From an uncultured Fibrobacteria bacterium (lineage in GTDB: Bacteria > Fibrobacterota > Fibrobacteria > UBA11236): DNA of 64,000 nt. Position 1 is the first letter of the stretch, and each line of letters opens with the position of its first letter. The DNA lies in the NCBI GenBank assembly GCA_963716395.1, contig OY970309.1, positions 1,856,001-1,920,000 of the forward strand, read 5' to 3'. The position numbers and the translations under genes are program-made. A model generated the notes under the pieces. That model worked only from the letters and a program-made list of their open reading frames with translations. It did no database searches and was not told the origin of the DNA. This document shows, in pieces, positions 1 through 10,010 of this stretch.

Positions 1-1
1 C

Positions 2-433
2 AGAAATCCGCCGCCCTACACGGCGGTGATCGTCACCCACGAAGACGGCAAACAAACCATAGTGCCGCCTCAAGCGGCAGACACCTACAAACCCGCTGCC
101 GGGGATGTTTTGGACGTGATACTCCATCAGCAAAAAGTTTTTATAGCCGGCGCCGTGGAAAAACCCGGTTATGAGCTTTACTACTCCAACCGGAAATTAA
201 TCGACTATTTGGGAGAGGCGGGGCTGACGTCAAAGAGCAGTTTAAGCAGCACCATGGATGTAATTCATGCGAACGGTGAGGGCGAATCGGTTTCGCTGCG
301 CGATGGTACGTTGAAGCCGGGAGATGTGGTGTATGTGAATGAAAGTTTGCAGCAGAAATTCCTGATTTATACGCCGGTGCTGCTGAGCGCGGTGAGCTTG
401 ACGTTGGCGTTGATTAGCGTGCTTCGGCTTTGA
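2..433 (+). CDS. Polysaccharide export protein with SLBB domain (Wza/KpsD-like), 3' part; 5' end lies outside the window
   Basis: VFIAGAVEKPGYELY...LIDYLGEAG...LKPGDVVYV SLBB-type motif and a C-terminal hydrophobic helix; the frame is open from position 2. Confidence 0.75.
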   Translation, partial: RNPPPYTAVIVTHEDGKQTIVPPQAADTYKPAAGDVLDVILHQQKVFIAGAVEKPGYELYYSNRKLIDYLGEAGLTSKSSLSSTMDVIHANGEGESVSLRDGTLKPGDVVYVNESLQQKFLIYTPVLLSAVSLTLALISVLRL

Positions 434-466
434 TTTGATCGCGAAAAGTAAAGGTTGCGAGCAGTA

Positions 467-1696
467 CTAGAATTTGAAAAGATTCCGTTTGATCTCCGCC
501 ACCAAGTTCCGGGTTTCCGGGTTTTCTTTTTGATGTCTTTCCCAGACATCAAGCACTACTGCCAGCACACCGGCAAAGATAAAGGAGAGAATAAATACGG
601 CTTCTACCCAAACGCGCCGCGCGGGCGAAACCCGTTTGTCGTTTATCCAAGGTGGATCCAATATCGAAATGACTTGAACGTTTTTATTGGCTTCGAGTTT
701 TAAAAACTCTACTTGCTGCACTAAAAATTTATAAACAGCAAGTTTAATTTCATAAGCTCTTTCTAAGCGAAAATATTGAGTTGCCAAAGTCGGGAGGGTA
801 CGCGCGGGCAAAAAAAGTTCGTTGGAATCGCTGGGGTTTCGCAATTGACCACGAAGGGTGTGTTGCAGCAACTCCTTCTGAACCGACAAATCTTTATAAC
901 GGGCGCTGGAAGTACCACGTAACGCAGCTTCCAAAGATATCTCTTCTTGCAAAGTTTCAATTTCAATTTCAGTTTGTGTAGCATTCTCGAGTATTAGCTT
1001 GACCTGTGATTCGGGAACAATTAAATTGTGAGCGATCTGAAACTTAACCATAGAATCTTCCATAGTTTTCATATCAGATTCGGCCAAATGTAAACGATCA
1101 TCAATATAATTTAGCTTGCGTTGATTCGCCGTTCTTTGGATATTTGTATAAAGGCTGTCAAGCGTATAGACCATGTAGGCAACCATTTCTTTGGCCCGTT
1201 CGGGAGATTTATCCTCCATGGCAATATTGATTTCATCCTCGTCGGTTAACTCGAATTTTGCGTTGTGGGTGAACCTTTTAATGACGTCGGCTAAGTAAAA
1301 TCTCTTTTTGTGACGAAATTTATAGAGGGTTTCCAAATCAAAACGGTCAATGATCAGTTTAGCAAAGCGAGCCGATTTGAGAATGCTCATGCAATCATCT
1401 TCGCCGGTTTCCGATCCGCCGAGAAAAGATCCGAGAAGTCCGCCTCCGATTCCACTGGACCCCTTTAAGGCCGCCTCTATAGACGAAGAATTGTCGCTTG
1501 TTGGGGGTTTAATTAAAGACGCGGCTTTATAAGTGCTGTCCATAAGAAAAACGACAAAGATGCAGACAACAGTTGGGACTAAAGCGACAAAAAAAATAAA
1601 TTTTTTCCTAAGAACCAAAACGTGGAGGAATCGAAGAAGAATATCAAAGCCACTTATGTTGGGCATAGCAGTATTTACTCCCTTTAAAATTTCCAA
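467..1696 (-). CDS. Polysaccharide chain-length determinant/co-polymerase (Wzz/GumC-like)
   Basis: N- and C-terminal TM helices, coiled-coil periplasmic region, ILDPPWINDKRVSPAR proline-rich motif. Confidence 0.85.
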   Translation of the reverse strand: MEILKGVNTAMPNISGFDILLRFLHVLVLRKKFIFFVALVPTVVCIFVVFLMDSTYKAASLIKPPTSDNSSSIEAALKGSSGIGGGLLGSFLGGSETGEDDCMSILKSARFAKLIIDRFDLETLYKFRHKKRFYLADVIKRFTHNAKFELTDEDEINIAMEDKSPERAKEMVAYMVYTLDSLYTNIQRTANQRKLNYIDDRLHLAESDMKTMEDSMVKFQIAHNLIVPESQVKLILENATQTEIEIETLQEEISLEAALRGTSSARYKDLSVQKELLQHTLRGQLRNPSDSNELFLPARTLPTLATQYFRLERAYEIKLAVYKFLVQQVEFLKLEANKNVQVISILDPPWINDKRVSPARRVWVEAVFILSFIFAGVLAVVLDVWERHQKENPETRNLVAEIKRNLFKF

Positions 1697-1845
1697 CAGG
1701 AGATAGCAATATATTTATTTAGGTCGACAAAATCCATCTTTTGGGAAGAAATAGAATAAGTTTATCAATCGTTTCATAAAAATAAATCTTTGATTTGCTG
1801 ATCGAAAATTGGCCAAAGAATAGGTATAAGCGCTTTGCAAATGTT

Positions 1846-3159
1846 TCAGGTTTTTAAGGCGAATGATTGGCTTTTGGGCAAAATGCTTTGGCAGAAGTAA
1901 CAGCATATACACAAATAAATGAGTCCGTAAAAATATGCTGGTGTTTCAAAAATGGAACCAAAATAGCTATTAGCCATCCAATAAGCTAGACACGAATAAG
2001 CCGTCAGGTTTAAAAAAGTAATTCGAGCTCGCATTCTGAGATATAAAATGTTGATAAATAATCCAATTAAAAAAGGACCCACAAAAACACCGGCGATACC
2101 AAAATCTTTATACCAAGACCATTGATATCCAATAGTGTTCCACCCCCTAATTTTTGATGCTTGGGCATTGAATTGATCGTCGACACCGGTATTTTCAATA
2201 AGTTGATATCCTAAAACCCCTCCTGGTAAATATAAGCCATCTAATATGCCTTGTAGTATTGTGTATCCATATGTGGTTGGGTGTCTTTCTTGAAAGTTAT
2301 CGGGATTTAAAGCAAAGTCGAGATTCCAAAAATTGTTTGCTATGTACATATACGGCACTTTAAGTACAATGCTCGCGGTTTTCGAATATTTATTGCCCAA
2401 GGCATTTTTGATTGAGCTTGTTTTAAAAAAACCGGTTATTAAAACCGCACTCCCACAAAGCATGAATATACAAAACAAGTTCAGAACCGAAACCCTTCGA
2501 ATGCCGTAGTTATAAAAAACGATAAAGAAAACAATGAAAAACATAAGGGCGGAACGTTGTAATGCCAAACTAAAAATTATCAAGGTTATTGTTGTCATCC
2601 AAAGCCCAACATTAAAATAAAATGAATGTCGGGACGGACGAAAAATGTATATTGAAAAGAGGGCCATTACAATTCCGCCGTAGGTATAGGCGTACAACAA
2701 AATCCAACGTTGATGTAAAAAGATGCGAAGGGTTTGGATTTTATCCTTTGCCAAAAGAGGGGCTCCAGTATGCAGATATAGGCTTAACGTTCCCCAAATG
2801 AAAAAAGTGAATAGAGCCAGTGAAAAAATAAAATGCATTCCCCAATTATATTGATGCAAATTTAGAAAATGTGATTTGGAATCATTTGGATTATTCGCCT
2901 GGGAACGGAGAGCCAGTAATTTTGAGACGAATAATCCCAATAAGAAACAAATGGCACTACCAAAATAAACCAAGGATGTTAAAAGTTTGAAGGGCGTCAT
3001 AGCTGGATTGAAACGCAAAAAAGCGATTCCTAAAGCAAAAGAATGGAAAAAGAAATAAATACGGCCTGGAGAAAAAAAATCGGACTTTCGAATTACTGCC
3101 TCTAGGATTAAAAAGAGGGCAACCGAAAAGGCGGATATACTGACTACACGCATTAACAT
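1846..3159 (-). CDS. O-antigen/oligosaccharide repeat-unit polymerase (Wzy-like)
   Basis: About 10 TM segments, WYKDFGIAGVFVGPFLIG motif, AT-rich, next to wzz. Confidence 0.75.
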   Translation of the reverse strand: MLMRVVSISAFSVALFLILEAVIRKSDFFSPGRIYFFFHSFALGIAFLRFNPAMTPFKLLTSLVYFGSAICFLLGLFVSKLLALRSQANNPNDSKSHFLNLHQYNWGMHFIFSLALFTFFIWGTLSLYLHTGAPLLAKDKIQTLRIFLHQRWILLYAYTYGGIVMALFSIYIFRPSRHSFYFNVGLWMTTITLIIFSLALQRSALMFFIVFFIVFYNYGIRRVSVLNLFCIFMLCGSAVLITGFFKTSSIKNALGNKYSKTASIVLKVPYMYIANNFWNLDFALNPDNFQERHPTTYGYTILQGILDGLYLPGGVLGYQLIENTGVDDQFNAQASKIRGWNTIGYQWSWYKDFGIAGVFVGPFLIGLFINILYLRMRARITFLNLTAYSCLAYWMANSYFGSIFETPAYFYGLIYLCICCYFCQSILPKSQSFALKT

Positions 3160-3884
3160 TTTTTAATTTATAAAAAAACAGCCGAGCTTTTTAGGAGGTG
3201 CCTATTTTTCCAAAATTTAAAAATCTATGCTTGACATTCAAGGTCCAAATTTCTTCGGCAAAGTCCAAGTGTCGCCTTGGTTAAGGTGGAGCGCAAGGCG
3301 GGGGTATTGGTTAAAACTTGGAGGTTAGGGCTGTCAAAACTTTTAAGTGCGGGTCTGCGACTATATTGAAATTGGAAGAAAATATTATTATGTCGTTTGT
3401 TTCAATAGTAATTGTTACCTGGAATTCCGAGAATGAGCTGAAGAATTGTATTTCATCGCTATTCCTTCATGTTTCACCCGATGACATTGAGGTAATTATA
3501 GTCGACAACGGCTCAAAGGATTCGCGCTATCTTAACGCTTATCGCAACGCAAAAAGTATGGTGGTTATCGAAAATGACGAGAATCTTGGTTTTTCAAAAG
3601 CGGTAAATATTGGTTTTTCTTCGGCCAAAGGAGAATATGTAGTAGTATTAAATCCCGACATTATTTTTCTATCAAACCCGTTCCCAAGCTTGATTTCTAA
3701 AATGGTGCAGGATACAAAAATCGGCGTTATAGGGCCGCTTTTACAAAATATCGACGGTAATGTTCCGATTAAAGCCTATTATCCAACTTTGCCAAGTCTA
3801 CGGCAGTATTTATTGCGTTATACAGGTTTAGCGCACTTTAAATTATTTCAACTATTGGAATTTCATTTATTTCAGGTAATAATA

Positions 3885-4992
3885 CTAATCATTTCAATGA
3901 TATGTCAACACGGATTTTGCGAATTAAGTTAGTTTAAGGGGATGAGACAAAACGATGCGCGCAGAATGGATCGAGAAGCTCTGGCCCAACTTCGTATCCG
4001 GGCGGTCAGCCAAATTCGAAAGGGAACCAGCCCCGAGGTCATTGCCAAAACCCTTGGCGTCAATCGAACAACCGTTTATGGTTGGCTTTCACGCTTTGCT
4101 GATGGGGGCTACGCCAATCTCAAACGCAAGAAAGCTCCTGGGCGTGTTCCGATTCTGGATGGGCATCAAATGCGAATTTTGTATTACACGATAGTTGACA
4201 AGACCCCGGAGCAGATGAAAATGCCGTTTGCCCTTTGGAGTTGCGCCTTAATTCAAGAATTTATTCGCAGGCGGTTTGGAATCAATCTTTCCAAGATTAC
4301 GGTAAGTCGGGTGCTGGCGAAGATAGGCCTTAGCTTTCAACGCCCCTTGCAAAGAGCCTACGAGCAGAACACAACGCTTGTGAAAAGCTGGCTTAAGGAA
4401 GAGTTTCCAAAGATTCAAAAGCTTGCTAAACGTGAAAAAGCTGAGGTTTTCTTTGAAGATGAGTCGGGAGTCCGCTCGGACGCACAGGTAGGGAAAACGT
4501 GGGGACGGGTGGGTAAAACCCCGGTTATCAAAGCCACGGGCAAACGATTCGGCCTGAATCTTGTGTCCGCCATAAGTCCCAGGGGCGAATTTCGATTCAT
4601 GATGACCAAGGGAACCTTTGGAGCAAAGGAGTTCGTTGAATTCATGAAGAGACTGCTCTCCACTTGCAAGAGAAAAGTGTTTCTGATTGCGGATGGACAT
4701 CCGGCGCACAAATCCAAACTCGTGCGTGAATTTCTGGATAAAACAGGGGGCCGGCTTCGCTTGTTTTTTCTCCCGCCTTATTCCCCCGAACTCAATCCAG
4801 ACGAACTCGTGTGGAATGCGCTGAAGGGAGAAATGGGGCGGAAGTCGTTTTGGGGGCAAAGAGATATGGAAATCAAAGTGCTTGGATTCATGCGAAGGTT
4901 GCAGCATTCCCCGGATAAAGTTCGCTCCTTCTTCAGGGAAAAACATGTTCAATATATTATTAACTATGTCTAAATATCAATGAAATGGTTAG
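3885..4992 (+). mobile_element. IS630-family insertion sequence (1108 bp) with TA target duplication
   Basis: Left end TA|CTAATCATTTCAATGATA and right end TATCAATGAAATGGTTAG|TA are inverted repeats (18/20 including the TA); TA at 3883-3884 and 4993-4994. Confidence 0.93.
3942..4973 (+). CDS. IS630-family DDE transposase
   Basis: N-terminal HTH, FEDESG, IADGHPAH and FLPPYSPELNPDELVW motifs. Confidence 0.95.
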   Translation: MRQNDARRMDREALAQLRIRAVSQIRKGTSPEVIAKTLGVNRTTVYGWLSRFADGGYANLKRKKAPGRVPILDGHQMRILYYTIVDKTPEQMKMPFALWSCALIQEFIRRRFGINLSKITVSRVLAKIGLSFQRPLQRAYEQNTTLVKSWLKEEFPKIQKLAKREKAEVFFEDESGVRSDAQVGKTWGRVGKTPVIKATGKRFGLNLVSAISPRGEFRFMMTKGTFGAKEFVEFMKRLLSTCKRKVFLIADGHPAHKSKLVREFLDKTGGRLRLFFLPPYSPELNPDELVWNALKGEMGRKSFWGQRDMEIKVLGFMRRLQHSPDKVRSFFREKHVQYIINYV

Positions 4993-5680
4993 TAAATACT
5001 AGTGGGTTGACTTATGTGGATCAAATTCCAGGTGCCTTTTTGTTTTTCCGCAGTCAAGACTTTTCAGTTGGGCCGATTTTAAACGAGGCTTATTTTATTT
5101 GGATGGAAGACGTGGATTTTTGCTACCGCATTCATCAAAGTGGCCAAAAAGTGGCTGTTTTGGCCGATGAAAGGGTGCTTCATGTCGGTGGCGCCAGTTT
5201 TAAAATGAGGAGCGAAGCGTGGAAAAGATTAGTATTCATGCGAAGTTATTTAATGTATTCAGAACTCAATTATGGCATCTTAGAATACTTCTTTCAAATT
5301 ACATTAATGCTTTTAAATTCTTTGGCAATAATTTTGATTTCACCAATCATTACAATAAAAAAGGGGCTTAAATATGCAGTTAATAGAATAAAGATTGAAG
5401 TCAAAACCATAAAATTAATTTCTGCTTCCGCTGCTTGTCGTTTTTTTAGAAAACCGAATCGAAACGTAAACGAGAACAAGCTGTCAAGACGGTTTGAAAA
5501 ATGATTTTAATGTATTAAAACTGAACCCCAAATCGCACGTATTCTGTATCTAATAAAGATCGAGCTTCCGAATAGATTTGTCGTTTTTAAAAGGACGCCT
5601 AATCCATGTTCTTCTTTAAAGCTGAAAAAAATCGCCTTTATTCTCGGTGACGTAGGTTTTGTTTCGCAAAAAGAGGCCCC

Positions 5681-6523
5681 TTATTTCACTTTCCAATAAA
5701 CGGCACTACCATCGATTTCCTGGATATCCGTATCAATGTGATTGTTTCCGATAAAATCCGTAACCGCTTGTTTACAAGATTTCCAAGAATGATAATCATC
5801 AACAATTACGTAGCCGCCTGGAGTAACTTTGTGGTAAAGGTTTTTCAAGGAATCCATAGTCGAACTATATAAATCTCCATCAAGCCTAAGAAGCGCCAAG
5901 TGCTTGATTGGGGCGACTGGTAAAGTTTCAGAAAACCATCCTTTTAAGAACCTAACATTTTCATCAAGTAGACCAAACCTTGCAAAATTATTTTTTACTT
6001 GTTCCAAAGAAACTCGTAAATAATCGATGTGATGAAAGTCGTCTCCATCAGTTGAAGTGAGAGGGATTGGCATTCCATCAAATGAGTCTGCGGCCCACAC
6101 GGTCCGGTCCGTTATATTGCGAAGCTTAAGCAGTGATCTCATGAATATTGTGGTGCCACCGCGCCAAACACCAGTTTCGACAAAGTCGCCACGAATATTA
6201 TTTGAAAGAATATCCTCAATACACGTTTGTAAAGCATCTAGGCGTTTTTGTCCCGTCATCGTGTAACCAATTAACGGCCAATCCTTTCCGTTTTCGCGAC
6301 TGTTCTGGTCGAATGGTTTAGTTTTAACCAGGACAATAGATTCTTTGCGGAATAAATTTACCAATAATTTATATAGGAGTTTTTTTATTAGTGTAAATGG
6401 TTGGCGAAAGGATCCCGTGAAATGACCTTCGATGATATACCATGAGCTTTCTTCGTAAATGGATCCTGTAAGAATTTTCTTTAACAAATCCAAATATTGT
6501 CCTTCCAGATTATCCGATTCCAT
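5681..6523 (-). CDS. TylF/MycF/NovP-family sugar O-methyltransferase
   Basis: GDFVETGVWRGG, DSFDG, KGWFSETLP, LRLDGDLYSST and IVDDY motifs. Confidence 0.93.
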   Translation of the reverse strand: MESDNLEGQYLDLLKKILTGSIYEESSWYIIEGHFTGSFRQPFTLIKKLLYKLLVNLFRKESIVLVKTKPFDQNSRENGKDWPLIGYTMTGQKRLDALQTCIEDILSNNIRGDFVETGVWRGGTTIFMRSLLKLRNITDRTVWAADSFDGMPIPLTSTDGDDFHHIDYLRVSLEQVKNNFARFGLLDENVRFLKGWFSETLPVAPIKHLALLRLDGDLYSSTMDSLKNLYHKVTPGGYVIVDDYHSWKSCKQAVTDFIGNNHIDTDIQEIDGSAVYWKVK

Positions 6524-6622
6524 TATTGGTTCCCCAAATAGAGTTACATATAAAGTGATCTTTTAAATATAGAAGCATATTATAAAAATGTTGGCTTTCT
6601 CATTTAAAAGATTTGCTTGAAA

Positions 6623-7912
6623 TCAAATTGTAGAAATTGAGGGGAAGGCCGTTAATTTAGATCTTAAAAAATTATATAAAACGGAGGCTACCGTTGCCAA
6701 AAGATCAGGTAAGCAAGCCAACCATGCCACTGATTCTGGAGGGGCGTTTTTCCCACATACCCAAGATAAAAATAACACGGGCATACAACTGAATACGATA
6801 ATGGTAAGGTAAGCACGATATTGGCCAAAAAGCAGCATTCTTCGTACATAAGGAACTCTAATGCAAGAGAAAATAACCCCGAGCATTAGGGTAGAGAAAA
6901 TACGCAGAGAAAATGAAAACAATTTTAAATCCACTTTAGATACATGGAAATAAAACCACAGCACGGGTATTCCCAGAATCCAAAACCCAATTGCTCCAAT
7001 CAAAGATAAAAACAGAGTTCGGGCAAATGATGGTGGGCGATTTGTTGAGGCGTGTTGGGGAATGGTATACAGAAGAAGCGATACTACGAGGAGTAGCAAT
7101 CCCATAATTAAGCGATACGATATGCTAAAAGCCCCCAAATGGGGGCCGTCGGAATGAGTTAAAGCGTACCAAGGCAAGGCATATGCCAGGAAATACGGAT
7201 TGAATAAAAGCGTTGCAGCTAAGGGTAAAAGGCGGAGAAACAAGTTCTTTATTCCATGAAAAGTAACCAGTGGTAATGCCGATATGAAAAGCGAAATCCG
7301 GTATTTGCCCACGAAAATTAGCAAGCATAAAGATCCGGCAATACCAGAAATTACAGTTATAGCGGGTACAAAAAGTGAGCTTTTATAATCGGAAAGATAC
7401 CAAAATGTGGTAAGCAAAATTTGCAGGCTGGTTGCCGCAGTGCGAGTTAAAAAGAATTGGTAATAACGTCTTGTAGCGACAAAATACCATTCTATATTTG
7501 TCGCCGGAAGAAAAATGCTTGTCATTGATATCGCTAGTAATGGATATAAATCGTCTTTTCTGGGATAGTGAATCATTGCAACCGAGAGTACCAAAAAAAA
7601 TAAGATTATAAGGATCGCTTTCAGGGCGAAAGCATTTCCGAGGTCTAAATGTCTCTGTGGTGATTTTTGTGAGAACGACACTAAAAGGTGTGTATAGATT
7701 GAGAAGTCCGAATACCCATATACAATATTATAAAAATAGGCTGACAAGGTTAGAACCGAGTACTCTCCCAACCCAACTTTACCCAAAATGAATGGACCCA
7801 AAGCAAGGGTGACAAAAGATGGAAGCGTGCTTGCGAGAAGGAACCAAATGGCTCCGCTATCCAACCCTCTCCTTAGAAAATCCTTAACCCTAGTTATAGA
7901 TAATTTCGGCAA
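6623..7912 (-). CDS. Oligosaccharide flippase (Wzx-like)
   Basis: About 12 TM segments, GLGEYSV and GAFSISYRL motifs, polysaccharide-locus context. Confidence 0.7.
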   Translation of the reverse strand: MPKLSITRVKDFLRRGLDSGAIWFLLASTLPSFVTLALGPFILGKVGLGEYSVLTLSAYFYNIVYGYSDFSIYTHLLVSFSQKSPQRHLDLGNAFALKAILIILFFLVLSVAMIHYPRKDDLYPLLAISMTSIFLPATNIEWYFVATRRYYQFFLTRTAATSLQILLTTFWYLSDYKSSLFVPAITVISGIAGSLCLLIFVGKYRISLFISALPLVTFHGIKNLFLRLLPLAATLLFNPYFLAYALPWYALTHSDGPHLGAFSISYRLIMGLLLLVVSLLLYTIPQHASTNRPPSFARTLFLSLIGAIGFWILGIPVLWFYFHVSKVDLKLFSFSLRIFSTLMLGVIFSCIRVPYVRRMLLFGQYRAYLTIIVFSCMPVLFLSWVCGKNAPPESVAWLACLPDLLATVASVLYNFLRSKLTAFPSISTI

Positions 7913-8047
7913 AGCGTCTCATTTCTCGAACAGGCGTTCAGTAGTAATTCCGAAAAAATAGATTTTCTAACTTTTTTTCCAATGAGAATGGTATTTTCAA
8001 ACAGAAAGTTCCACCAATAACCGTTTTGCACCAAAAGGGGATGGCCT

Positions 8048-9037
8048 ATTCCGTTTTTAAGTGTCCTCATTGTTAACTACAATGGCCTTGCTCATTTGGA
8101 AGAATGCTTTTCTTCCATCTACACTCAGGATTTTAAAGATTTTGAGGTGGTGATGGTGGATAATGCTTCCACTGACGGCTCCCTCGAGTTCGTTCGCAAA
8201 AATTTTCCATCGGTAAACTGTATTCAATCAAAGACCAACATGGGATTTGCCGGCGGCAATAATCTAGGGTTACTATACTGCAAAGGCGCCTTTATTTTTT
8301 TCCTAAATAATGATACTCGCTTGGAGGCAGGGGCGCTTGGGATCCTCGCGAACTCCATCCTAAAATTTGAACGGCATCGGGTTTTTTCTTGCTTAATGCT
8401 CAATTATTCAAATCCCGAACTTGTGGATGCCGCTGGCGACAATTTTTATTGGGGGGGATTTATCTCCACCTTTTCGCGGTATCCTGCGATGAAATTTAAG
8501 TCCCCTCGAGAAGTCACGGCCGCTTGTGCAGGGGCGGCTGTGTATTCCAAAGAATTGTTGGTTCAGCTCGGCGGATTTGATGAGGATTTTTTTCTTCTTT
8601 TCGAAGACGTCGATCTGTCCCTGAGGGCCCGCCATCACGGAGAGTCAATACTGTTTTTGCCAGATGTGCATGTATTTCACAAAGGGTCTGCGACAATTGG
8701 AGGAACACGTACTTCCATTTACATTTATTTCGGGAATCGCAATTTCTTACCATTGTATATTAAGAATTTCCCCTTCGTAACTTTACTGAAATGTTTACCC
8801 GGCATTTTGTTAATGCTGGGTATTCGGGTCTTTAATACAATAAAGTCGGGGCACCTGAGAATACTAGTTCGGTCCTTTAGGGACAGTATACTGATGATTC
8901 CAGGGACATTGAAAAAAAGAAAGGTTGTTCAAAGAGAATCCAAGTTGTCACGAAAAGAATTTGAAAAAAGTCTCAGGCATGGTTGGTTTCAAGAACGGCT
9001 AGCGTTTAAACGCGGTTATTTTAAAACATATTTTTAG
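8048..9037 (+). CDS. GT2 glycosyltransferase (start uncertain; see findings)
   Basis: In-frame LSVLIVNYNG upstream of the called TTG at 8096, then VDNASTDGS, GFAGGNN, LNNDT and FEDVDLSLR. Confidence 0.88.
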   Translation: MPFLSVLIVNYNGLAHLEECFSSIYTQDFKDFEVVMVDNASTDGSLEFVRKNFPSVNCIQSKTNMGFAGGNNLGLLYCKGAFIFFLNNDTRLEAGALGILANSILKFERHRVFSCLMLNYSNPELVDAAGDNFYWGGFISTFSRYPAMKFKSPREVTAACAGAAVYSKELLVQLGGFDEDFFLLFEDVDLSLRARHHGESILFLPDVHVFHKGSATIGGTRTSIYIYFGNRNFLPLYIKNFPFVTLLKCLPGILLMLGIRVFNTIKSGHLRILVRSFRDSILMIPGTLKKRKVVQRESKLSRKEFEKSLRHGWFQERLAFKRGYFKTYF

Positions 9038-9121
9038 TCACCTGTCTTTACAATTTGCTTACGTCCTTCCTCAACTGGCAAATTCGCTGAGGACCAGTTT
9101 TTAGTTGTCATTAATATTTGT

Positions 9122-10003
9122 CTACGCCCAGGCATGGACAAATGCTCGATACCTTCTCACTGGGATTCTAAAACGCCCTCCCCGAAAATCCCTGAAACAT
9201 GAACCGATAAATGACCGGAACGATTTATATATACCCTTACTTTTTCCCAAAAATGATTGCTCCGCAAAAAGTGTGACCTTGCGGAATCCGACTGCTTTAC
9301 ACATACTCTCAAGCGCTTTTGCGTTAGGGGCCCACCAGTTCGACGGATCATTATTCAATTCTTTACCAGGAAAGAATTCACACAGAGCTGTTTTACTAAA
9401 GCCCGGGATTTCCATGGCCTCGGTTTCAATTACAACCAGTCCGTTCGGGGAAACAAGGGTAAATAGTTTTTTAATAGCCTCAAAGGGATTTTCTAGGTGA
9501 TAGAGCACGCCTAAAAAAAGTACGACGTCAAATTTTCCCAGTTGGGTTAAATCCATACTCATGAAATCACCGACAAATGGTTCGACCTTGCTGCTCATAA
9601 TATTGCGAGCCAAATCAAATGGCTTCTTCCCCGGCAAGCTATCAGGATACCAATGCGCGGACTTGTGAGGTGGAGGTAAATCTCCCCCTGTACGCTTTGA
9701 TTCGCGCCAATCCTTGGTATAAGACGCCATATCCGTAGACCACACATAATGATCAAGTGCAACAACCCTTTTTGCACCAAGTCTTTCAGCGGCAAAGGAA
9801 AAAAATCCATCGTAAGCGCCGACATCTAATACGGATTTACCGCGGAGATCCGGCAATTTTAACTTTTGTAATTCCATTTCCAAAATATTCAATGATTTTC
9901 GCCCCGGCGTAACAAAATTTTCTGATAATCGAATGGAATGAAACCATTCGAGGGATAAAATTTCTTCAGTATTGAATTGCATTCGGACGCACCTCTGATT
10001 CAC
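9122..10003 (-). CDS. Class I SAM-dependent methyltransferase (DUF1698/CmoB-like)
   Basis: WFHSIRL...TPG, VLDVGAYDGFFSF and FDVVLFLGVLYHL motifs. Confidence 0.85.
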   Translation of the reverse strand: MNQRCVRMQFNTEEILSLEWFHSIRLSENFVTPGRKSLNILEMELQKLKLPDLRGKSVLDVGAYDGFFSFAAERLGAKRVVALDHYVWSTDMASYTKDWRESKRTGGDLPPPHKSAHWYPDSLPGKKPFDLARNIMSSKVEPFVGDFMSMDLTQLGKFDVVLFLGVLYHLENPFEAIKKLFTLVSPNGLVVIETEAMEIPGFSKTALCEFFPGKELNNDPSNWWAPNAKALESMCKAVGFRKVTLFAEQSFLGKSKGIYKSFRSFIGSCFRDFRGGRFRIPVRRYRAFVHAWA

Positions 10004-10010
10004 AAGTTGT

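Larger units (their letters stand above)
3390..5504 (+). pseudogene. GT2 glycosyltransferase interrupted by IS630 (N-half 3390-3884, C-half 4995-5504)
   Basis: N-half has VSIVIVTWN, VDNGSKD and LNPD; C-half has GAFLFF, EDVDFCYR and HVGGAS. Removing 3885-4994 joins ...HLFQVII|NTSGLTYVDQIPG... in frame. Confidence 0.9.
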
